Source of the DNA: a virus
Lineage: Duplodnaviria > Caudoviricetes
Length of the DNA stretch: 55,340 nucleotides
Direction: 5' to 3' (one strand)
Virus record (IMG/VR): IMGVR_UViG_3300017771_002251
Coordinates: 1-55,340 of that record
The position numbers and the translations under genes are program-made. Below the pieces are notes generated by a model. The model worked only from the letters and a program-made list of their open reading frames with translations. It was not told the DNA's origin and searched no databases. Positions 47,101 to 55,100 of the stretch are shown one piece after another (the first letter of the stretch is position 1; each line of letters starts with the position of its first letter).

Positions 47101-50100
47101 AGTACAAGAGCAAGTGTTTCACCTTGAGTGTATGTACTATTTTTAGACAAGAGTATGTTAATTACTCTAGTAGAAGAATTGATGTCATATCCTGGTTCAA
47201 AAGTACCACTGATGTTTCTCAACACCATGGTGTTCTCTTCACTCACATCTCGGATGAGTTCGCCAGTAGCATTAGTTCCCTGTTGAGTGATTGTATCGCC
47301 AGTAAAACCAAAGAAGGTTTGTAGTGTGGAGATTTGCGCTGCTTTTAGTTCTTTTGATTCAATACCAGTGACATATTTACCAAATGTGGATGCAACGATA
47401 CCAGAAGCACCACTACCACCAGTTCCAGAGTCATCAACATAAATTCTACATCCAACTTGGAAATTGGGTTGCGAATCTTCAATCTTCACTGAAGATACAA
47501 ATCCAGAACTGACAGAATCTACAAATGCAATTTCATCAGCACCATTCTTCAATGTGCCAGGGACAAACAACCTTCTAGAGTTAGAAGGAATGGATTTCTG
47601 TGTGATCTTACTTTCGTAGTTAGATCTAACAGGCAGAGAATAGAAATTGTCTCCAAGGATATATGGATATACAGGTTTGTTCGTAGCATCCATCGAAATG
47701 AAGTATGCATACGTTCCCTGTGGGAATTCTGGTGTTACACAGAATCTACCATTATTGATATCAAGACGAGTCTTACCAGTATCAACTGTAGCAACCCACT
47801 CGTAGTCATCAACAAATGTGCCCATCTCGTATGGAGCATCGACGGGACCATCAGTTCTTGTATTCTTGAGTTCGTACCCACTGTTCATTCTCGCAATGGA
47901 AGATGAACTGTCTAGAGGGTCAGAGAATGCATATGGACCATAAATTGGATTTCCATCATAAGCATACCCGAGAATTGGTGAGTGAGTGAGAGTTGCTGTC
48001 TCCTGAAGAGTGACTGGATTGATGTTATCCTGTAACTTTACACGCAGTCTTTTGGGGTTTGCAGCAACACCATAATAATATTCATTTTCAATTGCATCCT
48101 TTACTGCTAGTCCGTTGTTATCATCTAAAACGAGCTCATTTTCAAAGTACCTATTTCGCACCCAACGATAAATTTTTGCAGTCGCTGCAGCTGGGTTGTT
48201 CTGACCTTCGGAGAACAGTTCGACTCTTACATTTTCTTGTGTATAGAATTTACCACCAGAGACTTTTTCAAATTCGGTGATTTTTCCTAACGTGTTGATC
48301 TTTGCACGATATTCTGCAAACCTACCTTTACCTGCTAGGTCACTGATTAAGATGAGAGGAGGGGCAGAATAATACTCACCACTGTTAATAACTCTGATGC
48401 TAGTAATTTCTCCAGAAGTCACAACCGCTTCTGCTGCACCATATCTACCAGCAGTGATCTCGATCAGTGGATCTGCTGTATAATTTTTATTTTTGATCGT
48501 TGTGATTGCATTAACAGTATCACCTGCCAAAGAAGACAGAGCAATCGTTGAATCACCGTTCACCAGAACATAAGGAGGTTTGGTGTATCCAGAACCACGA
48601 TTCGTAAGGTTGTAAGTCTGAATATCACCATAAGCAATATTATTCTCACTCTTGAAACTAAAAGCAATAGAACCATCAACAAAGATGCCAATATCTCTTG
48701 TTGGGGTTTTATATACTTCTGGTGTTGTACTAGACTGCTTTGGAATTAATTTAAGCAGTTGAGGATCAACCAAAGGTGTAGGTTGAGTAGCACCTGTCAA
48801 AATCCTTGTAGAAGGATATGAAGATGTTGAGATGTAGAAATACTGACTATCTTCGTATATTGCACCTACATCAGCAACATAATTTGACAACCCTTGACCA
48901 ACACCAGGATTCAGTGGAACTGAAGGTGTTAATGAACCAGGGTTCATCTGCCAACGAATTCTGTTAGCAGTTTGATCATAGATTACAGGATTCTTGGTTT
49001 CAAATCCTGGTTTGGAGATTTGTACCTTATCTCCAACTTTAGAATATGGTTCAGCAACATCAACATTTAAATTTGTTAGTGTTCCATAGACAAGTAACTT
49101 GACATCACCTTGATCAGTAGATGCAGTGACATTAGAATAACCTACTACAAGGTCACCTACATCGTGAGTTCTTGTGACATTACCACGCTCTCTAATAATA
49201 AACTGTCTAGAACCCTTTCCTTCGTATCGGATGACTTCATTATTAATTTGAACGTATCCATTCTGTGTATTCCAACCTAATGTGGAGTCTACAGTGACTC
49301 TACTACCAGCACCTTGACTAGGCGTGAGAACCCTGTCCAGCACTGTCTTTTCAGGGATTGTAAATTCACCATTTACGGTACTTGGGTTAATGATCAGGTT
49401 GAACAACCCATAATCACCAACTTTACCAATGCCAATGACATTCTCAATACCTACAGATGCATATGAAGCATTTGGAGAGTTCTTGTCAGACTGCTGAACA
49501 ATAGTTTGTCCAATCAACCAGTCGGCATCACCTTGTAGAACAATGACTTGTAGTGCAAATGAAGCATCCCAGTTGGATTCTGATACTTTTACAGTAAAGT
49601 CTTTTGGATAGTATGTTGTGGGGATATCATCAGCACTCTTCGAGACGATAGAGTTGAAGATAAACCTAATTGACTTGTCAGTTCCTTTGACTTTGTAAAA
49701 GTCAGCGATGTTCTTGATTAACTGACGTTTGTCGATATCTCCTTTGAGATATACTTCTGGCACATCAACCAGATATTCTCTCTCAAACGCCTTCACAAGA
49801 GCGTACAGGAAGAGGTGACTTAAATTATGTACTACCGAACTGGTAGCGTGAAACTTTGCGTCAGAGGACGTGTATTGGGACTTTTCGTAGAGATCCCCTA
49901 GTTGGGTGGTTCCACTGACTCCTCTGGAGACTCCCAAAAACTCTGTATCTGTTCTGGAAGCATAAAAACAAATTTCATCACCAATTTTGACATATCCATT
50001 CTTTCTGGGGAATGAAGATGCATCAGCAACCGCAATGGTGGTATCTGTAACAGAAATGCCAGCAGTTGTGGTAGTTTGTTCTGTTAGTAGATTTTTTTCG

Positions 50101-50270
50101 TAAAAATCGATATCACGGTATGATGTGATGTTCGATATAATATCTAAAGACTGACCAGTAGATTCTAGTTGCTCATAGTATGCTTCGATGACTGCCGCGA
50201 CATTTCCATATTCAGAAACGATAAACGCAGGAAGCTGTGTCTCAATTAGCGATGAAATTTTATTACTCAT
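41172..50270 (-). CDS. gp7: Baseplate wedge initiator gp7 (3032 aa, domain-expanded)
   Basis: ISSLIETQLPAFI, LIKNIADFYKVKGT, RIHDSDFYQDYSYVIRS..PI.QWR..IK..THPAGFK.FGE; located between gp6 and gp8. Confidence 0.85.
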   Translation of the reverse strand: MSNKISSLIETQLPAFIVSEYGNVAAVIEAYYEQLESTGQSLDIISNITSYRDIDFYEKNLLTEQTTTTAGISVTDTTIAVADASSFPRKNGYVKIGDEICFYASRTDTEFLGVSRGVSGTTQLGDLYEKSQYTSSDAKFHATSSVVHNLSHLFLYALVKAFEREYLVDVPEVYLKGDIDKRQLIKNIADFYKVKGTDKSIRFIFNSIVSKSADDIPTTYYPKDFTVKVSESNWDASFALQVIVLQGDADWLIGQTIVQQSDKNSPNASYASVGIENVIGIGKVGDYGLFNLIINPSTVNGEFTIPEKTVLDRVLTPSQGAGSRVTVDSTLGWNTQNGYVQINNEVIRYEGKGSRQFIIRERGNVTRTHDVGDLVVGYSNVTASTDQGDVKLLVYGTLTNLNVDVAEPYSKVGDKVQISKPGFETKNPVIYDQTANRIRWQMNPGSLTPSVPLNPGVGQGLSNYVADVGAIYEDSQYFYISTSSYPSTRILTGATQPTPLVDPQLLKLIPKQSSTTPEVYKTPTRDIGIFVDGSIAFSFKSENNIAYGDIQTYNLTNRGSGYTKPPYVLVNGDSTIALSSLAGDTVNAITTIKNKNYTADPLIEITAGRYGAAEAVVTSGEITSIRVINSGEYYSAPPLILISDLAGKGRFAEYRAKINTLGKITEFEKVSGGKFYTQENVRVELFSEGQNNPAAATAKIYRWVRNRYFENELVLDDNNGLAVKDAIENEYYYGVAANPKRLRVKLQDNINPVTLQETATLTHSPILGYAYDGNPIYGPYAFSDPLDSSSSIARMNSGYELKNTRTDGPVDAPYEMGTFVDDYEWVATVDTGKTRLDINNGRFCVTPEFPQGTYAYFISMDATNKPVYPYILGDNFYSLPVRSNYESKITQKSIPSNSRRLFVPGTLKNGADEIAFVDSVSSGFVSSVKIEDSQPNFQVGCRIYVDDSGTGGSGASGIVASTFGKYVTGIESKELKAAQISTLQTFFGFTGDTITQQGTNATGELIRDVSEENTMVLRNISGTFEPGYDINSSTRVINILLSKNSTYTQGETLALVLFDDPTTEIATGQILAGTVEQNAVRLKVLTGSFDDYLNYEEGEVILKSSDLGNTAGTEIVIINELSRNIRVTDIEENIAILETTEAHDFGGGDIIDIIVDPDEATTETTYYVTKKKFQELDLIDLQYSAKVDDSGIGASTVIGLGKDYYSNTYNDVPLVFANSAKNRDDIVQAKATVVVGTGNFDGSGNIESITVTDPGSNYRRDDILTLEPTAIPRVDPADLDQSPNLGMVYTNQSQVEANLSKRFFVAEADYDNFIANEYVAAAFGVNDGGNVNFIYQGTDPNNFSIQYFIVDEEGDEITTSDTIGGYVITAVDTFYPPGSLLPQYIFKDLTTNEENPTYNLRVGSTLTIPNMGGHTIYVVSDYSTTLALDGYALKIEDYDIATGSSTDQSVPITFTPQFAGTYYYICIAHPEMVGTITVYPSPGSSTPLINVDSAGFGVDRTDLNVTNTFGIAVNDLLSIGSEVIKVVTVDNANKKMTVLRAQEGTSKSDHGDGKDITSFNPSYNFTPGSRLGGNTANDPVVVSYNKTTKRLIVNWDYNATSTIPLTTVSSIEDQSTPSKVVSISNTYPIKEKLLFSLDNNNFITNPVVDIQKYYFYKFDVSHPSMLNSYLDISTSPNFNVFTEEKEVGLTEPGNPGAYVRIRLGYGADIGEKTRKDVNFTSYYYFLTNSSTDTEGSFLRVIDDPLSGRKRVTYTSDTKVVYEIGNIPQYDGSGDINYTGRSVGKIASVKLDNLGSGYTQMPVIKGVVPADSCKAQVTAVRNASTNAIEAITIDNPGQKYSKPELVVASGNGSGLQTEIDIELGVVKQIRIINGGTYTETPLVEVIETDNKLFFESENIGVPQNVNFVKYGSGFHTDNTIISEYSTPSIFILKDFELDAFKAGEIIEQRSGQTVTAQGRVAPDGWKKGSNIMRLQEIVGVFEAGKQIVGKSKNKGTAIIDSIRKSIFSPVIVTRDKTLGVFKSDRGKISSGNQRIHDSDFYQDYSYVIRSRTPIKQWRNIIKDTTHPAGFKAFGEVYLETQAPAIMPVNQPVKKTTVIITGPPVSLSTVSTKRSITTSIFKVKDSRVSRGAGSVSVDEFDETLFRTRELELTPAFDGRYDPQTGLKIGNTQFTIIDKATGTAYTPYNEQELLMTIDGVAQRPGYSFKVTGNQLNFYEPPLGIRINEDQEVPAQKEYIRSFRFREDTDNSRYLKRLQNIADSFDGRTRIFDLKWEDGSLVKTSDKEDLFIYLDGVLQQGSYEIRRFSSANKADRIAFAKAPKNYKDLYDADAFPQELQNETYFYGFGVGLYERLGIDERVVPYNQYNQYLIYDSNNNVINSVDDKNLYVYVDGVLQNRELSYKIAGSLIRFNQAVPYAEQADGTYASARVDIIRLYGKDAIPTVTLFNHEPDVYYNRAKVEIDLASGYDSLTTWRTQNTTDTTIVKQGNNVWGDLISVSLGSGNKFVIELRSQNISSSASEPIIFDRNDGTPLTLNPDSFTITYVTNEDGDRILNRLEANYIPYLPTGDAFDSYDYRGEILKQHPNLRVGDKIQIDGEKSYRSIISSPLFARPTDYRDGEQISNNFFTKIAASGYDKEKFGEGLSVIANVDAGKVTSLDWNRRDLSYYFNNGILVNPTAYNYNTPPVLNFVPVNGEGGGAKARVIVYGGQIIDIEIVDPGSGYTKAPKVVISRGYSILRENNHPEFFMTRYTTGGGGQNLVATITAVSTVIPLYYKNIIESVGVVKVLDPVSFGAEVTRIIQFIGPAIGMGEVSEQNILTQIQYVVATESPAAVSQPAFTRIFPENMDVAFESFRAIKTRYFSSGVVALDENPVANPEYYSQGKLGTTVASFLDYLYLDVGYANVSGITLEQLELTYTQFNGISEGVDTWMENMAINASSLTTNGTLFNPGVPSLQEHVSFLDAPATDVSIVLYVPDTSRFPDSGKLLLGKELVTYTSKSADRFAGVTRGVDGTTAEAHTAGTFIRTIGLETTL

Positions 50271-50274
50271 CTAC

Positions 50275-52077
50275 TTACTCTGGGTATACCGCGAACTTAC
50301 TATTAGCAACATCTACATCCAAGTACATATGTCTAGATGCATCGATATCGTTATTACGAGGAACGACACGAACTGAAATTCTGTTGTCGAAGAAAGTACC
50401 TTCTATAATAGTCACGTCATACAACTTGATTTCACCCTCGTCGTAATCAACATCGCCAATATAGTCCTTCAATACTATCTTTTCGCCAGTTCCAGGATCT
50501 AGTCTATATAGGATCATTTTGCCGAAGCGATCTTCCATATAGACATCAGTAACAGGATATTCACTGACTCTAAATGCTGTACTCTGAATTACAGGACCAT
50601 CTTCAGGGCAATTGCTCTTAAATGCGTTCTGGAAGCAAAGTTCATAGAAAGAAGTGCTGTTGATAAGAGGATAGAAATCCTTTCTCATCATTACGGTTGT
50701 AGTGTTAGATGTGATCGATCTATCAGAAGAATCGATGACTCCAATGTACTTACTATATCTAAACTTACCGTTGAATTTCTCGGTGCTTGATGCTTTGGTG
50801 TACTGTTCAACACCAGAATAGACTTTAGTTCTGATGTCTTCTGGATATTGATTAGTAATCCTTGTATTGAACTGAACTCTACTGTCTAACTCCAAATATA
50901 GAATAGATGGGTCCTTGATTTCAGGAGTTACCGAAGCAACAGCATAATCTTTCAAACCAGCGATAATTTGTTGCTTGGTGGTTGTGGATAAGTTCGCACC
51001 ACTCTCTGGTTTGATGACAATCTTGACTTTACCAAATTCAGGGTATCTCTCCTCTTCACCACCGTATGTAATGATGTCAGAGATCGCTGGGTAGATCTTT
51101 CTTACAATAGCAGCGTAATCACTCGCAGTTACCGCTCTATTCTGTGTAGCATATAATTTCGGTGCATTGAACTTAATCTTGTCAATGCTCTCGATGTCAG
51201 CACCGCCGTTTGCATTATCAACAACTGTGATGTTTCTTACTTCAGTTCCAAACGCAGTTCCGTTGACATCCTCTAAAACACCAGCAAATACAAATAATGA
51301 CGCACCATTTGCTTCAGCGCCATTAGAAATAAGATATGATGCCTCAACATAGTTGTTGTGCTCTAGTTTTTGACCAATAACACCGTCACCAAAGAACAAC
51401 TCATATCTCTCGTCAGCAGATTCATCTACGTAGAAAATGCCGTCAGTGTCTTTGATGTCAATGATATTATCAATCATAGTGAAGTAAGCGAACTCACTAG
51501 ACTGTTCTGTGGGATATACTTTGACTCTAATGGTGCTAGTATCCGCTTTTCCGTTAGACAGTACGTACTTCTGTGATTTAACGAAGTTACTTGTGGTAAA
51601 GTTGTCCTCAACAACAGAACCTTCGTACAACTCTACGTTAGTGAAAAACGCTTGACCATTAACAACACCCGCCTTGTAGTCATCTAATACTACAAAGCGG
51701 TATAGTTTATCATTATAAGTGGTGACAAATCCCGTACCCTTCTTCAATACAATGATTGCAGGTGCGGATCCTGGAAAATTTACTTGGAAATTAACCATTG
51801 CCTTTGCAGCAACTACGGACTTTGGTTTATATCCTAGTTGCTTTGCCAGAGAAATTACGTTGTCACGAAGAGTGGCAGACTCCAAGAACAACTCGTTTAC
51901 CACCATGTTCGTGTTGAACGCGGTGTAATACGTGTTATACGCTAATACATCGAGGAATGTGCTCCAGACAGAACCCTCGAAATCATAATCAGTAAAATCA
52001 GACTGTGCTCTCAAGTATTCTTTGAGAGTGGTCTTAATATTTTCAAAGTCTAAATTATTTACTTGAATATGCTTCAT
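50275..52077 (-). CDS. gp6: Baseplate wedge subunit gp6
   Basis: LDFENIK..LK.YL, FTDYDFEGS, LAYNTYY, ESATLRDNV, FGDGVIG, ESIDKIKFNAP..YATQNRAVTASDY. Confidence 0.93.
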   Translation of the reverse strand: MKHIQVNNLDFENIKTTLKEYLRAQSDFTDYDFEGSVWSTFLDVLAYNTYYTAFNTNMVVNELFLESATLRDNVISLAKQLGYKPKSVVAAKAMVNFQVNFPGSAPAIIVLKKGTGFVTTYNDKLYRFVVLDDYKAGVVNGQAFFTNVELYEGSVVEDNFTTSNFVKSQKYVLSNGKADTSTIRVKVYPTEQSSEFAYFTMIDNIIDIKDTDGIFYVDESADERYELFFGDGVIGQKLEHNNYVEASYLISNGAEANGASLFVFAGVLEDVNGTAFGTEVRNITVVDNANGGADIESIDKIKFNAPKLYATQNRAVTASDYAAIVRKIYPAISDIITYGGEEERYPEFGKVKIVIKPESGANLSTTTKQQIIAGLKDYAVASVTPEIKDPSILYLELDSRVQFNTRITNQYPEDIRTKVYSGVEQYTKASSTEKFNGKFRYSKYIGVIDSSDRSITSNTTTVMMRKDFYPLINSTSFYELCFQNAFKSNCPEDGPVIQSTAFRVSEYPVTDVYMEDRFGKMILYRLDPGTGEKIVLKDYIGDVDYDEGEIKLYDVTIIEGTFFDNRISVRVVPRNNDIDASRHMYLDVDVANSKFAVYPE

Positions 52078-52469
52078 CGGGTTCTCTGGAGGAGGAAGTT
52101 GATTGATTGATCGGGAGTGTCCTGACGACCAATAATAGTAAACTCTAGGTTTGCTTCAAATGCATTATTGTCAAAGTCTGGTAAGACCTCAACTTCTTGC
52201 AACCTTATTCTAGGTTCGTATTTTGATAAAGTACGTTTGATCTCATCAGCAATGAGACCTGCAATAGCAAAATCAAGTTGTTCAAACAACAAGTCGCGAA
52301 TACCCGAACCGATTTCACTATCAAACAATCGTTCTCCAGGTGATGTCAATAACAAATTAGTAATTGACTGCTTAATAGACGCCTCATCTTTAGTCACCTG
52401 CAAATCCCCTGTAATAGGATGTGGATTGAAGGTGACCTTTAAATCTTTAAAAGACTGTTGATTAGGCAC
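52074..52469 (-). CDS. gp25: Baseplate wedge / sheath initiator gp25
   Basis: FKDL...HPITGD, IKQSITNLLLT.PGERLF...GS, YEPRI; GTG start; upstream of gp6. Confidence 0.92.
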   Translation of the reverse strand: MPNQQSFKDLKVTFNPHPITGDLQVTKDEASIKQSITNLLLTSPGERLFDSEIGSGIRDLLFEQLDFAIAGLIADEIKRTLSKYEPRIRLQEVEVLPDFDNNAFEANLEFTIIGRQDTPDQSINFLLQRTR

Positions 52470-52487
52470 AATAACACAATTTATTGT

Positions 52488-52616
52488 TTATTTATGGTCC
52501 TTTTTCTGATCTTCTTTCTCTTTCTTCTTTAGATACCTATCAGAGTCAATCTGGGTGATCAGGGTCATTCCAGACTTGATAAAATCTTTGCTCTTGTCGG
52601 TTGGTGAATTACCCAT
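52488..52616 (-). CDS. Small hypothetical protein (42 aa)
   Basis: AAGGAG SD then ATG at 52616: MGNSPTDKSKDFIKSGMTLIT...; overlaps the upstream stop. Confidence 0.65.
   Translation of the reverse strand: MGNSPTDKSKDFIKSGMTLITQIDSDRYLKKKEKEDQKKDHK
52489..52496 (-). promoter_or_regulatory. Late promoter CATAAATA for the gp25-gp6-gp7 operon
   Basis: About 20 nt upstream of the gp25 start. Confidence 0.65.
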
Positions 52617-53262
52617 TTTGTTTCTCCTTTGGTGTTTGCCAGAAATAGTCGTCGGTGTCTCCAAGGCGTCCCCAGTCAATTCCTGCCTCTACTTGGTATT
52701 CTATGGTGGATACCTTAAAGTCAGGGAATTGAGGGTCCTGGGGCGTTATAGAGAGGTCATACAGTCGCATTCTGTTATTAGGATATAGTGCATACTGACC
52801 GTTAGTTAAAGCGATACAATTATGCGACTTGTGCTCTTGTGGCACCTCACTTACATTATTATCTATAACATCGATGTTTGCATGATAGTTATCAAGTGTA
52901 AACAAGTATTGACCTTTCATCAATCCATGGTCTCTTGTAAAGACTTCACAGTCCATAGATGCCACAAATCCTTTGCTCATACATGCAACACCATAATCCA
53001 TACAATTCCAAAATTGTAGATTCTCCAGACTCATATCAACATCTGGTGTCTTGGGTGATCTTACGAATGCACTGATCGGAAGTTTATCATACATTGCCCC
53101 ATAGGTAGGCAAGTACGTCTCAAAGTAAAAAGCACGTCCAGGTATGCTTTTAGCACATACCCAGACGCCCTCTACAAACTCCCCATGTCCATCCTGGTGG
53201 TCTCGTAAGTATTCTTTACGAACCCATACCTTTTCGGCAGGAAGATTGCAAATTAAATTCAC
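52609..53262 (-). CDS. Hypothetical protein (217 aa)
   Basis: Complex aromatic-rich ORF with GTG start coupled (GTGA) to the upstream small ORF; no family recognised. Confidence 0.75.
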   Translation of the reverse strand: MNLICNLPAEKVWVRKEYLRDHQDGHGEFVEGVWVCAKSIPGRAFYFETYLPTYGAMYDKLPISAFVRSPKTPDVDMSLENLQFWNCMDYGVACMSKGFVASMDCEVFTRDHGLMKGQYLFTLDNYHANIDVIDNNVSEVPQEHKSHNCIALTNGQYALYPNNRMRLYDLSITPQDPQFPDFKVSTIEYQVEAGIDWGRLGDTDDYFWQTPKEKQNG

Positions 53263-53405
53263 TTACCCTGACCACGATAACGCTTCTTTGCCTTGTTACG
53301 AGATGTTGCTGCATACTTGGTATGCTGTCCACAACCCTGTCGTGATTTCTTGGGTGTTGCCTCAATAAACTGTTGACCAAGAAGAGACTTTTTAACCTTT
53401 GCCAT
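53259..53405 (-). CDS. Small highly basic protein (48 aa), missing from ORF track
   Basis: MAKVKKSLLGQQFIEATPKKSRQGCGQHTKYAATSRNKAKKRYRGQGK; fills the gap exactly and its stop overlaps the next start. Confidence 0.75.
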   Translation of the reverse strand: MAKVKKSLLGQQFIEATPKKSRQGCGQHTKYAATSRNKAKKRYRGQGK

Positions 53406-53427
53406 TAATCAATGATGAACTGATCTA

Positions 53428-53456
53428 ATTATACCACAAATTCATCAACCTGCCAA
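53428..53456 (-). promoter_or_regulatory. Sigma70-type promoter
   Basis: TTGGCA-N17-TATAAT with extended TG, upstream of the ATG at 53405. Confidence 0.7.
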
Positions 53457-53738
53457 CACCGTATGACTTCCTTGTGTCATCACTGCTCCAAATGATAATA
53501 CATCACCAATACGCATGATTGCTTTCTTGTTACAGAAAATCGTTAACGATCCCTTTACACACTTATCAGTATGAGGTGGGTTGTTACCACATACATGCAC
53601 TGATGTCACATCACCAACACGCAATGCTGCTTTCTTATTCACAAAGACGTTCAGAGACCCTGTAATCACAGGAACAGGTGGCCAACACTGATGACCACTC
53701 TCTAGATCTTTGATTCGACTCACACCGCTTCCTGCCAT
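53445..53738 (-). CDS. PAAR-repeat spike tip protein (gp5.4-like)
   Basis: SGHQCWPP, GSLNVFVNKKAALRVGD..SVHVC...PH, GS.TIF.N.KAIMRIGD, GSHTVLAG. Confidence 0.88.
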   Translation of the reverse strand: MAGSGVSRIKDLESGHQCWPPVPVITGSLNVFVNKKAALRVGDVTSVHVCGNNPPHTDKCVKGSLTIFCNKKAIMRIGDVLSFGAVMTQGSHTVLAG

Positions 53739-54607
53739 TAGGGATTGCCTCCAGTTGTTCCTACATTACCTTCAGTGGCAGTACGTTGCCTCTTCAGTCT
53801 ATTTAACGTCCTACTCTTATGATGACGCCAATTATTGTCTACATCCACATATGCTGGGAATGTCCAAGTATATGGTGGACATGTACTCGTAACAGTAATG
53901 AGATAATGATAACGTAGTGTTTGTATCAGAGAGGGTCGGTAGGACCACATATAGTTACTATTCTGTTGAGCAAGGTCATGTCCTATAGGTCCATATAACT
54001 CTCTACCTACACTATTCTGATATGCATAGTTCCTTACACCTCCTCCAGGTATCTTTCGTGCTATCAGAGGCTCGGTCCTCATTTTTTGTGAGATAGGCTT
54101 CACCCTACCCTGACCACTGATATACGATGAACTTCTCACATTGTCCTGTGCTGTTGGCACCTCTAATCCCTTATAACTCTCAATGAAACCTGCCTCACCA
54201 TCATATAACCACTTCTCCGTGTAATTACCAATGATAGGCAACGGCAGCACTAATGTGGTGACTCCAGGTGCTACACTGATGCTCCCAAGACTCACAGCAT
54301 CAGAACCATCCCTCATCTCTGCAATGGTGGGTACTCCTCCTTTCAGGACAACCACACCAGGTGGATTGATACTGACACTGATACCTGTGATTAACTCGGG
54401 ACTCGGCTGCGAGGGACCTGGTGTGCCTCCAGGACATACCAAGTTCGCTTGAGCAGTGACATTCACTACCCCAGCAGTCTCGTAGATATTAATCTCCTGC
54501 CCCTCTCTCCTCATGTCGGGTAACACAAAGATTCCAGGGGCAGGCAGCATCTTCCACATGCCACCCACATTCGTAAAGGATTGACCTGCAGGTATGAGTA
54601 TTGCCAT
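53738..54607 (-). CDS. Hypothetical protein (289 aa), possibly hub/spike-associated
   Basis: Pro/Gly-rich ORF coupled (TAATG) to both neighbours, including PAAR. Confidence 0.65.
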   Translation of the reverse strand: MAILIPAGQSFTNVGGMWKMLPAPGIFVLPDMRREGQEINIYETAGVVNVTAQANLVCPGGTPGPSQPSPELITGISVSINPPGVVVLKGGVPTIAEMRDGSDAVSLGSISVAPGVTTLVLPLPIIGNYTEKWLYDGEAGFIESYKGLEVPTAQDNVRSSSYISGQGRVKPISQKMRTEPLIARKIPGGGVRNYAYQNSVGRELYGPIGHDLAQQNSNYMWSYRPSLIQTLRYHYLITVTSTCPPYTWTFPAYVDVDNNWRHHKSRTLNRLKRQRTATEGNVGTTGGNP

Positions 54608-54813
54608 TACCTTTCTAATACTCGTAGTCTTTTATCTACATCATCCAAGTAATCTGTTACCTTCTCATGTGCGTCAGCACCAGGGCGTCTATACATGAGT
54701 TGTGGAGACTTTAGACGCTCGACTTCACTCTTCAGTTCCCGTATCTCCTGAAATGCTCTCTCCAGCACTTGTTCCAGGTTCAGCGATTTCTTGGAGGAGT
54801 TTGAATCGTTCAT
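54607..54813 (-). CDS. Small hypothetical coiled-coil protein; start uncertain
   Basis: LEQVLERAFQEIRELKSEVERLK..LMYRRPG...KVTDYLDDVDKRL; stop overlaps the next ATG. Confidence 0.6.
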   Translation of the reverse strand: MNDSNSSKKSLNLEQVLERAFQEIRELKSEVERLKSPQLMYRRPGADAHEKVTDYLDDVDKRLRVLER

Positions 54814-54931
54814 CGGATTTGTCTGCATTCTTAAAGTTCTCGGAGGCACGTTTCTCAAATTGTTCGCAAAAGTCGTCAAACTCGTTAAGGACTTCTGCTT
54901 GCTTATTCAGATATCCATCGTAGTCTTTCAT
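54725..54931 (-). CDS. Small acidic hypothetical protein
   Basis: MKDYDGYLNKQAEVLNEFDDFCEQFEKRA; first ORF after the late promoter at 54992. Confidence 0.6.
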   Translation of the reverse strand: MKDYDGYLNKQAEVLNEFDDFCEQFEKRASENFKNADKSDERFKLLQEIAEPGTSAGESISGDTGTEE

Positions 54932-54991
54932 GATTCAACTATGGGGGTAAAAATTTTCTGGGGGATTTTTTTGTATAGGGGGGACCCGTAA

Positions 54992-54998
54992 TATTTAT
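54992..54998 (-). promoter_or_regulatory. Late promoter core ATAAATA
   Basis: In the non-coding junction upstream of 54931. Confidence 0.5.
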
Positions 54999-55066
54999 CT
55001 CGCTTGGGTAACACTTTGTAGGTTAGGAAGAAGGTACTTTTTTGGTACGGCGATCGGGGGTATCAC

Positions 55067-55091
55067 AAAAAAGGGGCAAATCACTGCCCCT
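55067..55091 (-). terminator. Rho-independent terminator
   Basis: Minus strand AGGGGCA-GTGATT-TGCCCCT-TTTTT just after the stop at 55101. Confidence 0.85.
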
Positions 55092-55100
55092 GTGTGTTAC

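Noticed and set aside
31098-50270. Inteins or introns in the very large VrlC and gp7 genes
   Set aside because: No C/S...HN splice motifs, LAGLIDADG/HNH motifs or frame interruptions recognised; size is explained by domain accretion
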